A stretch of 64,000 bases of DNA from Candidatus Eiseniibacteriota bacterium (GTDB lineage Bacteria > Eisenbacteria > RBG-16-71-46): assembly GCA_963717505.1 (NCBI GenBank), contig OY970342.1:2400001-2464000 (forward strand). Reading direction: 5' to 3'. Positions 49,754 to 60,441 of this stretch are shown here, in pieces. The position numbers and the translations under genes were made by a program. Positions within the stretch are counted from its first letter, which is position 1; each line of letters starts with the position of its first letter. A model generated the notes under the pieces. The model ran no database searches. It was not told where the DNA came from and saw only the letters and a program-made list of their open reading frames with translations.

Positions 49754-50914
49754 ATGCGCAACACGTTCCTGCCCTTCTCGCGACCGCTGATCGGCGAAGC
49801 CGAAATCGCCGGCGTGCGGACCTGCCTCGAGTCGGGCTGGCTGACCATGGGCGCCCTGGTCGGCCGCTTCGAGCAGGAATTCGCAGCATTCACCGGCGCC
49901 CGGCACGCGATCGCGGTCAACTCCTGCACCTCCGCCCTGCACCTGGCCCTCGAGGCGGCAGGGGTGGGGCCGGGCGACGAGGTGATCACCTCGCCCATGA
50001 CCTTCTCGGCGACCGCCGCGGTGGTCGAGCATCTGGGCGCGACCCCGGTGTTCGCGGACTGCGACCCCGACTCGCTCAACATCGTGCCGAGCCGGATCGA
50101 GGCGGCGATCACGCCGCGCACCAAGGTGGTCCTGCCGGTGCACTATGGAGGCGAGGCCTGCGACCTGGATGCAATCCAGGCGATCGCCCGCGCGCGCAAA
50201 CTGACCGTGGTCGAGGATGCCGCGCACGCGATACCCACGCGCTATCGCGGCCGGATGGTGGGAGCGATCGGCGACCTGACCTGCTTCAGCTTCTACGCCA
50301 CCAAGAACCTGACCACCGGCGAAGGCGGGATGATCACCACCGACAACGACGCTTGGGCCGAGCGCATGCGCCTGATGCGCCTGCACGGCATGAGCCGTGA
50401 CGCCTGGAAGCGCTACACGCAGGCGGGGTCGTGGCGCTACGAGATCCTCGCCCCGGGGTTCAAATACAACCTGACCGACGTGGCGGCGGCCATTGGCCTA
50501 CCGCAGCTCGCGCGTTGCATGGAGTTCCACGCGCGCCGGCTCGAGATCGCCGGCCGCTACGACGCGGCCTTCGCCGGGCTCCCCGCGATTCGCCGCATCG
50601 CGGTGCGCGACCACGACGAGCACGCCTGGCACCTGTACGTCGTCCAACTCGAACCGGGTCGGCTGACCCTCGACCGCGACGGTTTCGTGCGCGAGATGGC
50701 GGAGCGAAACATCGGCACCTCGGTTCACTTCATTCCGCTGCACCTCCACCCGTACTGGCGCGATCGTTACCGATTGAGTCCCGAACAGCTCCCGGGCGCG
50801 ACCCGCGCCTTCGAGCGCATCGTTTCGCTGCCGATCTACGCCGCCATGAGCGACCGCGACGTCGAGGACGTGATCGAAGCGGTGACCGAGATCGTCGGCG
50901 CGCACTCGCGCTGA
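49754..50914 (+). CDS. DegT/DnrJ/EryC1/StrS sugar aminotransferase
   Basis: NSCTSALHLAL, EDAAHA, FSFYATKNLTTGEGG and GFKYN.TD. Confidence 0.93.
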   Translation: MRNTFLPFSRPLIGEAEIAGVRTCLESGWLTMGALVGRFEQEFAAFTGARHAIAVNSCTSALHLALEAAGVGPGDEVITSPMTFSATAAVVEHLGATPVFADCDPDSLNIVPSRIEAAITPRTKVVLPVHYGGEACDLDAIQAIARARKLTVVEDAAHAIPTRYRGRMVGAIGDLTCFSFYATKNLTTGEGGMITTDNDAWAERMRLMRLHGMSRDAWKRYTQAGSWRYEILAPGFKYNLTDVAAAIGLPQLARCMEFHARRLEIAGRYDAAFAGLPAIRRIAVRDHDEHAWHLYVVQLEPGRLTLDRDGFVREMAERNIGTSVHFIPLHLHPYWRDRYRLSPEQLPGATRAFERIVSLPIYAAMSDRDVEDVIEAVTEIVGAHSR

Positions 50915-50966
50915 ACCGCCTCGCCGTTTGACCGGGTTTCGGCGTTCGCCTAGCGTGCGCCGACCC

Positions 50967-53132
50967 ATGCGCCCCGACGACCTGCTGCAGTTCGTTTGGA
51001 TCGCCGACCCGCAGATCTCGCCGGACGGCAAGGCGGTTGCGTTCACGCACGTTTCGGTCGATCGCGAGCAGGACTCCTACCGGACGGCGCTGTGGCTCGC
51101 CGCCGCCGACCCGGCGCCCGGCGGGGCCGCGCCCGCGGCTCGGCCCCTGACCGCGGGGCCGCGCGATGCGCAACCTCGCTGGTCGCCGGATGGTTCGGCG
51201 ATCGTGTTCGTGCGCGCCGAGCAGGCGGGCAAGCCCGGTCAGCTGTGGCTGCTGCCCATGTCGGGCGGCGAAGCCCGCTGTCTCACGCGCCTCGAGCATG
51301 GAGCGTCGTCACCCTGCTGGTCGCCCGACGGGCGGAGGATCGCGTTCCTGAGCGGCACGAATCCCGAAAAGGATCAGCCCGCGAAGACCAAGCCCAAGAA
51401 CGAGCCGGCGCGCGTCGTGACCCGTCCCGAGTTCCGCTGGAACAACGAAGGCTTCGTGGATTGGGATCACCTGGACCACGTGTGGGTGCTCGACGTCGAC
51501 GAAGCGTTGTCCGGCATGGCGCTCCCGGCGCCGGCAGCGACCGAGGCCTCGAAGGCTGCAGATTCGAGCGCGACCGCCGGGGCCGGGACGGGAGGGGAAA
51601 CGGCCGGCACCCCCGCAATCTCCTCACCGGGAGCGCGCGCGCTCATTCGTGGCGACTACAAGGAAGGATCACTCGCGTGGTCACGCGACGGGGCATGGAT
51701 CCATTTCATATCGGACCGGCGTCCGGAGCCGTGGTTCGGCCTCGAGGACAGCGACCTCTTTGCGGTGAGCCCCGATCTCGCGGCACCCACCGACGGCGAC
51801 GGGCTGAAGACGGTGGTCGATTTCCCGGGAGTGATCACGGTCTACGCCGAGTCGGCCGACGGACGCTGGGCGGTGGTCGGCGGCCATCGGCCGGAACCGC
51901 GCTCCTACTACAAGAGCGACCTGCTGGTGTTCGAGGGCTCCGGCGCCACGGCCCGGAATCGCGTGCTGACCCAGGCCTGGGACGCGGACTTCGGCAGCGA
52001 CGACATCGCGGGCGATCAGCATCCGCCGCGCGGCGGCGGTATCAAGCCGCTGGTCTGGAGCCCCGACGGCAGGCACGTCTACGGCGTCGCGTGTCGTCAC
52101 GGCGCCGCGATGCTGGCTCGGGTCGACGCTCAGTCGGGGGTGGTGGAGGAGCTGACGCCGCCCGATCACGACCTGGTCTGCGGCAGTGCCACGCCCGACG
52201 CCACCCGCTTCGCGCTGACCCTCGGCGGGCTCGCCCGGCCCGGCGATCTCTATTTGTACGATTCCGCGCGCAAGGAGCTGCGCCGGCTATGGGCGCCCAA
52301 CGAAGCCCTGTTCGCCGAACGCCGGCTCGGCGAGATCGAGCCCTTCTGGTGCGACGCGTTCGACGGCAAGAAGCTCCACGGCTGGATCGTCAAGCCGCCC
52401 GACTTCGACGCGAGCAAGCGCTATCCGCTCATCCTCCAGATCCACGGCGGGCCGCACGTGGCCTACGGCTTCGGGTTCTTCCATGAGTTTCGCGTGCTGG
52501 CCGAAGCCGGTTACGTCGTGCTCTACATGAACCCACGCGGAAGCACGACGTACGGCCAGGAATTCGGCAACATCATCCAGTACCGCTATCCGGGCGACGA
52601 CTATCGCGACTTGATGAGCGCAGTCGACCATGTGATCGCGCGCGGCTACATCGACGAGAAACGCATGGGCGTGACCGGCGGCAGCGGTGGCGGGCTCTTG
52701 ACCAACTGGGTGATCGCGCACACTCACCGGTTCGCGGCCGCGATCACACAGCGCTGCGTCTCCGAGTGGATGACCATGTGGTACAGCTCGGACTTCGCCA
52801 TGTTCATGCCCTACTGGTTCCGCAAGGCGCCGTACGAGGATCCCGCCGAGTACGCTGCGCGCTCGCCGATCACGCTCGCCGACAAGATCGAGACCCCGCT
52901 GATGGTGATCCACAGCGAGGAGGACTGGCGGACGCCGATCGGTCAGGGCGAGGCGATGTTCCGCGCGCTGCTCGCACGCCGGAAGCCGGTGGTCATGGTG
53001 CGTTTCCCGGGCGAGAACCACGAGCTGTCGCGCAGCGGCACGCCGTCGCGCCGGGTGCAGAACCAGGAGCACATCCTGCGCTGGTTCGACCGCTGGCTCA
53101 TGGGGAAGCCCGCCCCCGAATACCGGGTGTAG
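50967..53132 (+). CDS. S9 family acylaminoacyl/dipeptidyl peptidase
   Basis: WSPDG propeller repeats; IHGGPH; GGSGGG nucleophile; EDWR; ENHELSRSG. Confidence 0.93.
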   Translation: MRPDDLLQFVWIADPQISPDGKAVAFTHVSVDREQDSYRTALWLAAADPAPGGAAPAARPLTAGPRDAQPRWSPDGSAIVFVRAEQAGKPGQLWLLPMSGGEARCLTRLEHGASSPCWSPDGRRIAFLSGTNPEKDQPAKTKPKNEPARVVTRPEFRWNNEGFVDWDHLDHVWVLDVDEALSGMALPAPAATEASKAADSSATAGAGTGGETAGTPAISSPGARALIRGDYKEGSLAWSRDGAWIHFISDRRPEPWFGLEDSDLFAVSPDLAAPTDGDGLKTVVDFPGVITVYAESADGRWAVVGGHRPEPRSYYKSDLLVFEGSGATARNRVLTQAWDADFGSDDIAGDQHPPRGGGIKPLVWSPDGRHVYGVACRHGAAMLARVDAQSGVVEELTPPDHDLVCGSATPDATRFALTLGGLARPGDLYLYDSARKELRRLWAPNEALFAERRLGEIEPFWCDAFDGKKLHGWIVKPPDFDASKRYPLILQIHGGPHVAYGFGFFHEFRVLAEAGYVVLYMNPRGSTTYGQEFGNIIQYRYPGDDYRDLMSAVDHVIARGYIDEKRMGVTGGSGGGLLTNWVIAHTHRFAAAITQRCVSEWMTMWYSSDFAMFMPYWFRKAPYEDPAEYAARSPITLADKIETPLMVIHSEEDWRTPIGQGEAMFRALLARRKPVVMVRFPGENHELSRSGTPSRRVQNQEHILRWFDRWLMGKPAPEYRV

Positions 53133-53225
53133 CCTGGTCCCTGGTACGCCGCTTGCGGTTCTGGCCGCGGCACGTCCCGCCGGTCGCCACCGCGTCCGGC
53201 CGAACTCCCAGCCGAGGAGGATCCG

Positions 53226-54038
53226 ATGTCCTTGTCCAGCATGGAGAAACCCGTGATCTGGGCGGCCCTACTCGCCGCCGTTTCGTTTGTAGCCGGGTGT
53301 GGAAAAAGTACAACTCCTGTCGCATCCCAGCAGCCCCCCGCGACCAGCGCGGTCACGCAGACCGCGGCCGACGACATCGCCGCCCAGGTTGGCGTCACCC
53401 TGGCCCGCGACTTTGGGCAGGGGCGGGGTGCGATCACTTCGCTGTCGCGGCCCGCACCCGGCGGAGCGCTCGCGGCCACCCAGGTCGTGACCGATTCGTC
53501 CTCGGGCAGCCTCAGCTACACCGTCGTGGTCACGTTCTACGACGCCAACGGGAACGAGCAGGAAACCTACGATCCCGAGACCACGGTGCGTCTGGCGATG
53601 GAACGCCGCGTGCGCGGCACGCTCGATTCGCCGGAACTCGAAGTCCGCATGGGCGGCCGCGCGACGCTCGACATCCACGGCATCGGTTTCCATCAGGACC
53701 GACTGACCACCAACGGCTCGTCCAAGGACACGCTCGATTCACGCTTTGCGGCGCGCAACGGCCACGCGTCGTCGACCTATCACCTGTCGAGCCAGGGTGC
53801 GTTGCTCGAAGTGGTCCAGCTGAAGCCGACCGAACAACACCCGTGGCCCCTGTCGGGAATGCTGACCATGGACGTCCTGGCGGATCGGCTCGACGTCAGC
53901 GACGCCGGCCGGGTCGAGGCGCGCTACGAGTCGCACTTGAAGGTCACGTTCAACGGCACCGCCTATCCCGAGATCGAATTCGAGGAGGGATGGCGGTATC
54001 GCGTGGATCTGCGCACCGGCGAGGTCGAGCGCGTCTGA
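53226..54038 (+). CDS. Hypothetical beta-rich lipoprotein
   Basis: GGAGG RBS; lipobox VAGC; WPLSG and VTFNGT. Confidence 0.7.
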   Translation: MSLSSMEKPVIWAALLAAVSFVAGCGKSTTPVASQQPPATSAVTQTAADDIAAQVGVTLARDFGQGRGAITSLSRPAPGGALAATQVVTDSSSGSLSYTVVVTFYDANGNEQETYDPETTVRLAMERRVRGTLDSPELEVRMGGRATLDIHGIGFHQDRLTTNGSSKDTLDSRFAARNGHASSTYHLSSQGALLEVVQLKPTEQHPWPLSGMLTMDVLADRLDVSDAGRVEARYESHLKVTFNGTAYPEIEFEEGWRYRVDLRTGEVERV

Positions 54039-54056
54039 CCCACGAAGGGAGGGCTC

Positions 54057-54500
54057 GTGAAACGCCTGCCCGTGACGGCGGTGATCGCCGCGGTGGTCTA
54101 CATCGCATCCTGGGTGACCCCGGTGTTGCATGACAAGGCTGGCGACGACGTCTTTGGCTGGGACGCGTTCCGGTTCGCGCTGATGCCGGTCTGGCCGTGG
54201 CGCGGAATGCCGGGCTTCAGGTCGATCCTGGATTTCGTCGGCGTGCTGAGCGCTATGACCAATGTTCTGGTGCCGCTGGCGATCGCTTGGCTGGCGTCGA
54301 CCCGGAAGCGCGGGCAACCCATCGTGTTCGCGACGCTGATCGCGGCTGCCGCCGTCAACACGGTCTGGACCTTCGACAAGGACGTGCGCGAGAGTCTGTT
54401 CGTCGGCTACTTCCTATGGTGGTCCTCGTTCGTGGTGCTCGCCGCCGCGACGCGTCCTAGAACATCGTATAGGTCAGTCCCAGCGCCAGTGTCTCCTTGA
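54057..54500 (+). CDS. Small 4-TM membrane protein
   Basis: Hydrophobic segments; GYFLWWSS; RBS GGAGG. Confidence 0.65.
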   Translation: MKRLPVTAVIAAVVYIASWVTPVLHDKAGDDVFGWDAFRFALMPVWPWRGMPGFRSILDFVGVLSAMTNVLVPLAIAWLASTRKRGQPIVFATLIAAAAVNTVWTFDKDVRESLFVGYFLWWSSFVVLAAATRPRTSYRSVPAPVSP

Positions 54501-55470
54501 ACTGCCCTGCCTTCCGCACGTTCTTGTTGACCTCGTTGGTCAGGTCAGCGAACGGTAACGCCAGGTCGACGTTGGCCGCGGTGTCGAACTTGTCGTAGAT
54601 CAGTTGGGCATAGAGTACGACCTGCAGGTACTTGGTGATCTTGCTGGTGAACGTCGACTGCAGGTTGACGTCGGTCGACTTCCAGAAGTCGGCGACGCTC
54701 TCGTGCCCCGGATCCGCAGCCACGGCCAGCGCGTCATAGTCCTCGAGCGCTTCAGCCTTGGAGTAGAACACCGGCTGGAACACCAGCAGCTGGGCCTTGA
54801 ACTCGATCTTCTTGTCGAACATCGGCTGGACGACGTCAGTCTGCCACTCGAAGCCGCCGTCGTTCGCGGTGAACTGATCCTCGATCACCGCCTGCGTCGA
54901 GGAATCGAGCCTCAGGCCGCGCCCGAAGGTCTGGCGCGCGCCGAAGCCCAGGCGGGTGAGCAGTTCCGAGTCCTCGGTCTTGCGCAGCATGCGCGAGACG
55001 CCGGCCGCTTCCTTGAGCTTGACCGGATTCAAGGTCAGTGCGCCCAGGTCGCCGTAGCTCTCGTCGCGAAACTGCGATTCGGCGCGCAGCGACACGTAGG
55101 GATCGAACCGCCGCGGTCCGGTGAAGCGGGCGAGTGACTCGAACAGGATCTGGTCGGTCGACTTGTCGGGGTGATCCCAGGCCAGGTCGCCGTTGGCGTC
55201 GAGGTTCTGCTCGCTGGTCTGACCGAAGGCGACCTTCAAACTGTTCGCGAGATTGAAGCCGGGGTGGAACTGGCGTTCCGCGCCGAGGTCGAAGTTCAGC
55301 ACCCAAGCGATTTGGCCGCGGTCGCCGCCCGACCAGTTCTTGGTGTACGTACTCTGGGTCAGGTTGAGGGCGGAAGTGCCGGTGTACTTCCACGGGCCGG
55401 GTTCGACGACCTCCTGAGCACGAGCCACAACCGGGGCGAGCAAGAGCAGGAACAGCATCACGGCGCGCAT
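54457..55470 (-). CDS. DUF3078-like outer-membrane beta-barrel protein
   Basis: Signal peptide; LNLTQ..Y..NWSGG; KSTD; ITKYL.V; QFKETLALGLTYTMF. Confidence 0.75.
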   Translation of the reverse strand: MRAVMLFLLLLAPVVARAQEVVEPGPWKYTGTSALNLTQSTYTKNWSGGDRGQIAWVLNFDLGAERQFHPGFNLANSLKVAFGQTSEQNLDANGDLAWDHPDKSTDQILFESLARFTGPRRFDPYVSLRAESQFRDESYGDLGALTLNPVKLKEAAGVSRMLRKTEDSELLTRLGFGARQTFGRGLRLDSSTQAVIEDQFTANDGGFEWQTDVVQPMFDKKIEFKAQLLVFQPVFYSKAEALEDYDALAVAADPGHESVADFWKSTDVNLQSTFTSKITKYLQVVLYAQLIYDKFDTAANVDLALPFADLTNEVNKNVRKAGQFKETLALGLTYTMF

Positions 55471-55509
55471 GACGTCTCCCTTGAGGTGTGTTTCCAGCGG
55501 GGAAAACAT

Positions 55510-55547
55510 CGACCCGGTAGCCTGTGAAACCAGACCACCGGGTCGGC
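55510..55547 (-). terminator. Hairpin between the adhesin-like gene and the DUF3078 gene
   Basis: CGACCCGGT-N20-ACCGGGTCG. Confidence 0.35.
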
Positions 55548-55566
55548 GACGATTTCGAATGCGACG

Positions 55567-58026
55567 CTACTTTACTAGGATCATTCGGGTCGAGCGAGCT
55601 TCCTGGGTGACACCGTTCCTGACCACCGCGCGGGCGAAGTAGACCCCGCTCGGCAGCGTGCGGCCCTGGGCGCGCAGTGCGAAGCGATGCGTGCCGGGTT
55701 CGTACCGGCCTTCGGCCAGACGAGCGACCTCACGCCCCGAGACGTCGTACGCGCGCATCGAAACCTCGGCAGCTTCCGGCAGATCGAGCGCCAGCTCGGC
55801 GCCGCGAGTGTAGAAGCGCAGCGCGCGCGGCGAGACGCGGTCGTCGACGTCGAGTGTGACCGGTTGGATCTGAACGGTGAACGTGGCCTCGTCGTAGATC
55901 GGCACCATCACCAGGCCCGCTCCCGGGTCAGCGCCGACGCACTCGACGAAGGCGCCCTCGTGCGAGCCGAACGCCATGACGCCAAAATCCTGGCCAGCGC
56001 CGGGATTGAAGCCCGCGCCGGTGGCGACCACCAGCCGCCCGTCGAGGTCCGCCGCACCCGAGACCGTGAGGTGACTGAACTGGCTGCCGTCGCTGGACAC
56101 CGCAATCCCGAGCTCGCCCTCGGGAAGCTGGAAGTAGTTGCCGTTGATCGCGAGTCCGGTGCCGGCGTCGGGGATCACGATGCCCGAGTTGTAGACGTCG
56201 GCGGTCACGGTGCCGCGTCCGCGTAGGGCGCCCAGAAGCATGAGCCCCTGGGGCACGGTGAGCGAACCGCCTTCGAGCGCCGTCTCGCCCGAGGTCTGGA
56301 GGTAGTCGGTCGCCGGATCCGCGATGAACGCGCCGCCGGTGGTGATCCTGTTCGTCCCCTCGATCGTGATCTGTGCGCCCTTGGCCCGGGTCGTCTTGCC
56401 GCTCTGGGTGATGAACACGGCGCCGGAACCAATCGTGACGTCTTCGAGAGTCGTTTCGCCGTGATTCCGGAACGAACCCGAGCCCGACCCGCTCAGAACG
56501 CCGCCGACGATCTTCGCCGTCGAGTTCCAGCCGAGCAGGACGTTGCCCTCGGCCACCAGCGTGCCGCCGGTGTTACGCACCGCCGAGCCCTGCTCGAAGC
56601 GCGCCTGGCCGGTCGCGGTGGTGGTCAGGGTGCCTTCATTCACGACGTCGACCGTCTTGACCCACAACGTGCCGCGCTTGACGTTCAGCACGTTCTCGTT
56701 CCGGATGCTTCGATCCTGGATCCATAGGACGCCGCCGGTGCAGTCGACGTCGAGCGTGCCCTGGTTGATCAGGTTGGCGGTGATCGTGCCACAGCCGCGA
56801 ATCGTGTGGCCGGCAGCGTTGGTCAACGGGTAGCCCCGCGGCGTGTTCAGCGTGCCGTTTTCGAGCTGCACCACGCCGCTCCCGGAAAACGCGACGCCGT
56901 TGGTCATGGTTCCGTCGGTGTTGATCTGGCCGGTCACCCGCACCAGGCCGTCGTTGATCAGCGAGCTGCCGGCCGCCATCAAGTCAATCTGGCCGTCGAC
57001 CAGGACCACGCCGTCGGCGGCGATGCGCAGGTTCTGCGGGGTCGCCTGCCACAGACGAACCACGCCGGTGCCGCTGGTCCGATGGACGGTGCCGTTGACC
57101 AATGCGTTCGAGCGGATGCGCAGGTCGCCGCCGTCCGACACCAACTCTCCGGTGGACAGGTTGTCGATCGTGCCCGAGTTGCCGAACGGCAAGTTGATCT
57201 CGAACGCGCCGCCGCCGGCGCCGGCGACGATCTCCCCCGAGTTCTTGACCAGCGGGAAGTCGATTTCCACCAGGCTGCTGTTCGTGACCCGCGTGGTCCC
57301 GGAGTTGAGCAGGTATTGCTTCACGCGCAACGTCTGGCCGGCGTCGGCGTGCAACAGTCCGTAGTTGTCGACCGGAACGATGATGGTTCCGGCGCCGCGG
57401 ACCGTGTGCTGATTGCCGTTGGTCAGCCAGAGCGTGGTCTGGGGCACTCCCAGTCCGCATGCCACGCGGCCGCCTTCGAGCAGCAGCGTGCCACTGCCGA
57501 TCAACACCGTGCTCGAAGTCAGGTGGAGCGCGTTCGTCAGCACCGGACCAATGACAATCGTACCGTCATTGGTGATGGTGCCCGCGGTGGTGATCGAGTC
57601 ACCCGGAGCGCAGCTCAGGATGCCGCCCCCCTGGTTGTGGAACTTCGAGCCGTCGAGCACGCCTCGGTATCGGACGACGGTTCCCGAGTTGTAGACATTG
57701 GTGATCGACGTGGTCGAGTAGCCGGCCAGATCGAGGGTAGCCCCACCAGCCAGCGTGAGCGCGTCGATCGACGGACTGGCATCGAGCGTCACCTGGTAGG
57801 CGCTGCCGAGCGTCGGCAGCACTGCGGTTTCGCCCACCGCATCGGGGACGTTGGCCGGATCCCAATTCCCCGGATCGGACCACACGCCACCCGCGGCGTT
57901 GGTCCAGGTGATCGTCACCGCGGCCGCGGTCGATGCTGCGATGGAACCGACACCCAGTGCCGCCAGGACGACGAGCGTGCACAGCCTCACGGGTGAGAGT
58001 GCCCTGGACGAGGACCGATCGGACAT
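55567..58026 (-). CDS. Secreted beta-helix/adhesin-like protein with T9SS-type CTD
   Basis: W...GG.WSD..NW start; N-x-G-T-rich repeats; LDLPEA..V.MRAYDVSGREVARL..G...G.H...LPSGVYFAR. Confidence 0.8.
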   Translation of the reverse strand: MSDRSSSRALSPVRLCTLVVLAALGVGSIAASTAAAVTITWTNAAGGVWSDPGNWDPANVPDAVGETAVLPTLGSAYQVTLDASPSIDALTLAGGATLDLAGYSTTSITNVYNSGTVVRYRGVLDGSKFHNQGGGILSCAPGDSITTAGTITNDGTIVIGPVLTNALHLTSSTVLIGSGTLLLEGGRVACGLGVPQTTLWLTNGNQHTVRGAGTIIVPVDNYGLLHADAGQTLRVKQYLLNSGTTRVTNSSLVEIDFPLVKNSGEIVAGAGGGAFEINLPFGNSGTIDNLSTGELVSDGGDLRIRSNALVNGTVHRTSGTGVVRLWQATPQNLRIAADGVVLVDGQIDLMAAGSSLINDGLVRVTGQINTDGTMTNGVAFSGSGVVQLENGTLNTPRGYPLTNAAGHTIRGCGTITANLINQGTLDVDCTGGVLWIQDRSIRNENVLNVKRGTLWVKTVDVVNEGTLTTTATGQARFEQGSAVRNTGGTLVAEGNVLLGWNSTAKIVGGVLSGSGSGSFRNHGETTLEDVTIGSGAVFITQSGKTTRAKGAQITIEGTNRITTGGAFIADPATDYLQTSGETALEGGSLTVPQGLMLLGALRGRGTVTADVYNSGIVIPDAGTGLAINGNYFQLPEGELGIAVSSDGSQFSHLTVSGAADLDGRLVVATGAGFNPGAGQDFGVMAFGSHEGAFVECVGADPGAGLVMVPIYDEATFTVQIQPVTLDVDDRVSPRALRFYTRGAELALDLPEAAEVSMRAYDVSGREVARLAEGRYEPGTHRFALRAQGRTLPSGVYFARAVVRNGVTQEARSTRMILVK

Positions 58027-58267
58027 GGACTGCCTCCAAGTCGCCGGGTCCCACGCACTCGCGCGTTCGCGTGGTGCGGGAACCGGGCCCTAGACAGTGG
58101 ATCGCGGATCGACGGGGGTCACGACCGCGAGGCCGTCGAGGATCGGGCTGGCATGGAGCAGTGTCAAGAACTTGTCTTTGGACCGAGTGCTCGGCTATCT
58201 GGCCTTCAAACGTGCGATCCGTGCCGAGTGCGTCCGTCGCAATGGCGATTCGGTTGGAGACTTCGAC

Positions 58268-59800
58268 TCAGCGTCCGTAGCGGACGGTCAGCTCCGCGAG
58301 GCGCTCGGCGAGCGCATCGGTCAACGCATCGGCCGCAAACCGCCAACCCCAGTTGCCCTCCATGCGTCCCGGCAGGTTCATGCGGGCCTCGCTGCCGAGA
58401 TCGAGCACGTCCTGGACCGGCACCACCGAGAGGTCGGCGACCGAGGCGTGCGCCAGTCGAATCAGATCCCAAGTGATGTCACTGCCGTCGCGGCCGAGGT
58501 AGTGCCGCACGTGGTCGCGTTCGTCGGCGGTCGAGGACTGCTGGTACCAGCCGCGCGTCGTGTCGTTGTCGTGCGTGCCGGTGTAGACGACGCAGTTGCG
58601 CTCGTAGTTGTGCGGCAGGAACGGATTGCTCGGATCACCGGAGAACGCGAACTGCAGCACCTTCATGCCGGGGAAGCCGAGCGACTCGCGCAGCGCGGGG
58701 ACTTCCGGCGTCAGCTCGCCGAGATCCTCGGCGATGACCGGGAGCGGGCCCAGGGATCGGCCCATGGCGTCGAATACGGCGCGTCCGGGGCCAGGAACCC
58801 ACCGCCCGCGGATCGCGGTTTCCTCGTGCGCCGGGATCTCCCAGTAGGCCGCGAAGCCGCGGAAGTGGTCGATCCGCACCAGGTCCACGGTCGCGAGCAG
58901 CGACCGCATGCGCTCGATCCACCAACTGTAGCCCGAAGCCGCGAGCGCATCCCATCGATACAGCGGGTTGCCCCAGCGCTGGCCGGTGGGGCTGAAGTAG
59001 TCGGGCGGCACGCCGGCAATGACCGTCGGCCGGCCCTGGGCATCGAGCTCGAACAGCTCCGGGTGCGCCCAGACGTCGGCGCTGTCGTAGGCGACGAAGA
59101 TCGGCAGGTCGCCGAGGATCCGGATTCCCGACTCGTGGCAACGCGCACGGAGCGCCGACCATTGTCGCGCGAACAGGAATTGCTGGAAGTGATGGAACGC
59201 GATCGCGGTCGCCAGCTCTCGGCGCGCGCTGGCCATGGCGTCGGGCCGGCGCAGGGCCAGGGCCGGGTCCCATTCGCTCCACGACCTGGACTCGCGCTCG
59301 TGGATCGCCATGAACAGCGCAAAGTCCTCGAGCCACCCGGCCTGCGCCGCAACGAAGCCGTCGAACTCGCTGCCGAGCCGGCCGGGCCCAGCGCTGAAGC
59401 GCTCGAACGCCGCGCGCAGCACGCGACGCTGGAACGAGATCATCGCCCCGAAGTCGACGCGCTCCCGGGGAAACGCCGGCGCTCCGGCGAGGTCGGCCTC
59501 GCCCAGTAAGCCGTCCGCGACCAGCGCTTCGGGGCTGATCAGGTTCGGGTTGCCGGCGAAGGAGGAGAAAGGCTGGTAAGGGGAGTCGCCGAACCCTGTG
59601 GGCCCGAGCGGCAGCACCTGCCAGACCTTCTGCCGGGCGCGCGCGAGAAAACCGACGAACCGGTGCGCTTCGGGTCCGAGATTCCCGACACCGAACCGTC
59701 CGGGGAGCGAGGTCGGATGGAGGAGGACGCCGGCGGCGCGTGGGTGCGGCGAAGCGTCGATCATCGGGCGGAAGCTAGACATACGCGCAGCCTTCGGCAA
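58268..59800 (-). CDS. malQ: 4-alpha-glucanotransferase (amylomaltase, GH77)
   Basis: GVLLHPTSLP, WQVLPLGP, GVPPDYFS.TGQRWGNP, RIDHFRG, AEDLG and YTGTHDNDT. Confidence 0.96.
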   Translation of the reverse strand: MPKAARMSSFRPMIDASPHPRAAGVLLHPTSLPGRFGVGNLGPEAHRFVGFLARARQKVWQVLPLGPTGFGDSPYQPFSSFAGNPNLISPEALVADGLLGEADLAGAPAFPRERVDFGAMISFQRRVLRAAFERFSAGPGRLGSEFDGFVAAQAGWLEDFALFMAIHERESRSWSEWDPALALRRPDAMASARRELATAIAFHHFQQFLFARQWSALRARCHESGIRILGDLPIFVAYDSADVWAHPELFELDAQGRPTVIAGVPPDYFSPTGQRWGNPLYRWDALAASGYSWWIERMRSLLATVDLVRIDHFRGFAAYWEIPAHEETAIRGRWVPGPGRAVFDAMGRSLGPLPVIAEDLGELTPEVPALRESLGFPGMKVLQFAFSGDPSNPFLPHNYERNCVVYTGTHDNDTTRGWYQQSSTADERDHVRHYLGRDGSDITWDLIRLAHASVADLSVVPVQDVLDLGSEARMNLPGRMEGNWGWRFAADALTDALAERLAELTVRYGR

Positions 59801-59841
59801 ACATGCCCGGCGCGTTCACCGCGGGGGACAGGAGGATTCCG

Positions 59842-60441
59842 ATGTCGGGCGATCGAGCGCTCATCGAGTTCGAAGCGGAGCGGGAGCGAGTCGCTCACGT
59901 GACGCGCCTGGGAATCGGCATGCCGATGGCCGGGTGTCTCTACTGGATTGCGGTCGGCTTCCTGCTCGGCGCGTTCAAGCCGGGGGCGGCGCTGGTCTAC
60001 TCGTTCGCGCTCACCGGCGTGGTGTTCCCGGTCGGATTCCTGCTCACCAAACTGGTGGGTGGCGACCTGTTCGCAAAGAGCGCGTCGCTGACCTCGCTCG
60101 GCATCATCCTGGCTGCGATCCAGCTGTTCTATTGGCCGGTGCTCATGGTCGTGTTCAGCCAGGCGCACGAATGGACGCCGTTCGTGCTCGCGGTCCTGTT
60201 CGGCTCGCACTTCCTGCCCTACCTGTGGCTCTACGCCAGCCGGGGGTACGCGGTCCTGGCGATCTCGACCTGCGTCGTGCCGACCATCGCCGTGATCGTT
60301 CGGCGCGATCCGCTCTACCACCACGTGCCGTGGATCGCCGCCGCCTGCTACGCGGTCGCGGTGTTCATCCTGTGGGGAGAGGTGCAGCGCCGGGCGGCAG
60401 CGCAGGCGCCTCAGGCGGCGAGCGTCTCGGCTTCGACGTAG
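59842..60441 (+). CDS. Hypothetical 6-TM membrane protein (DUF7010-like)
   Basis: GMPMAG.LYW and GSHFLPY.WLY.SR.Y; RBS GGAGG. Confidence 0.65.
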   Translation: MSGDRALIEFEAERERVAHVTRLGIGMPMAGCLYWIAVGFLLGAFKPGAALVYSFALTGVVFPVGFLLTKLVGGDLFAKSASLTSLGIILAAIQLFYWPVLMVVFSQAHEWTPFVLAVLFGSHFLPYLWLYASRGYAVLAISTCVVPTIAVIVRRDPLYHHVPWIAAACYAVAVFILWGEVQRRAAAQAPQAASVSAST

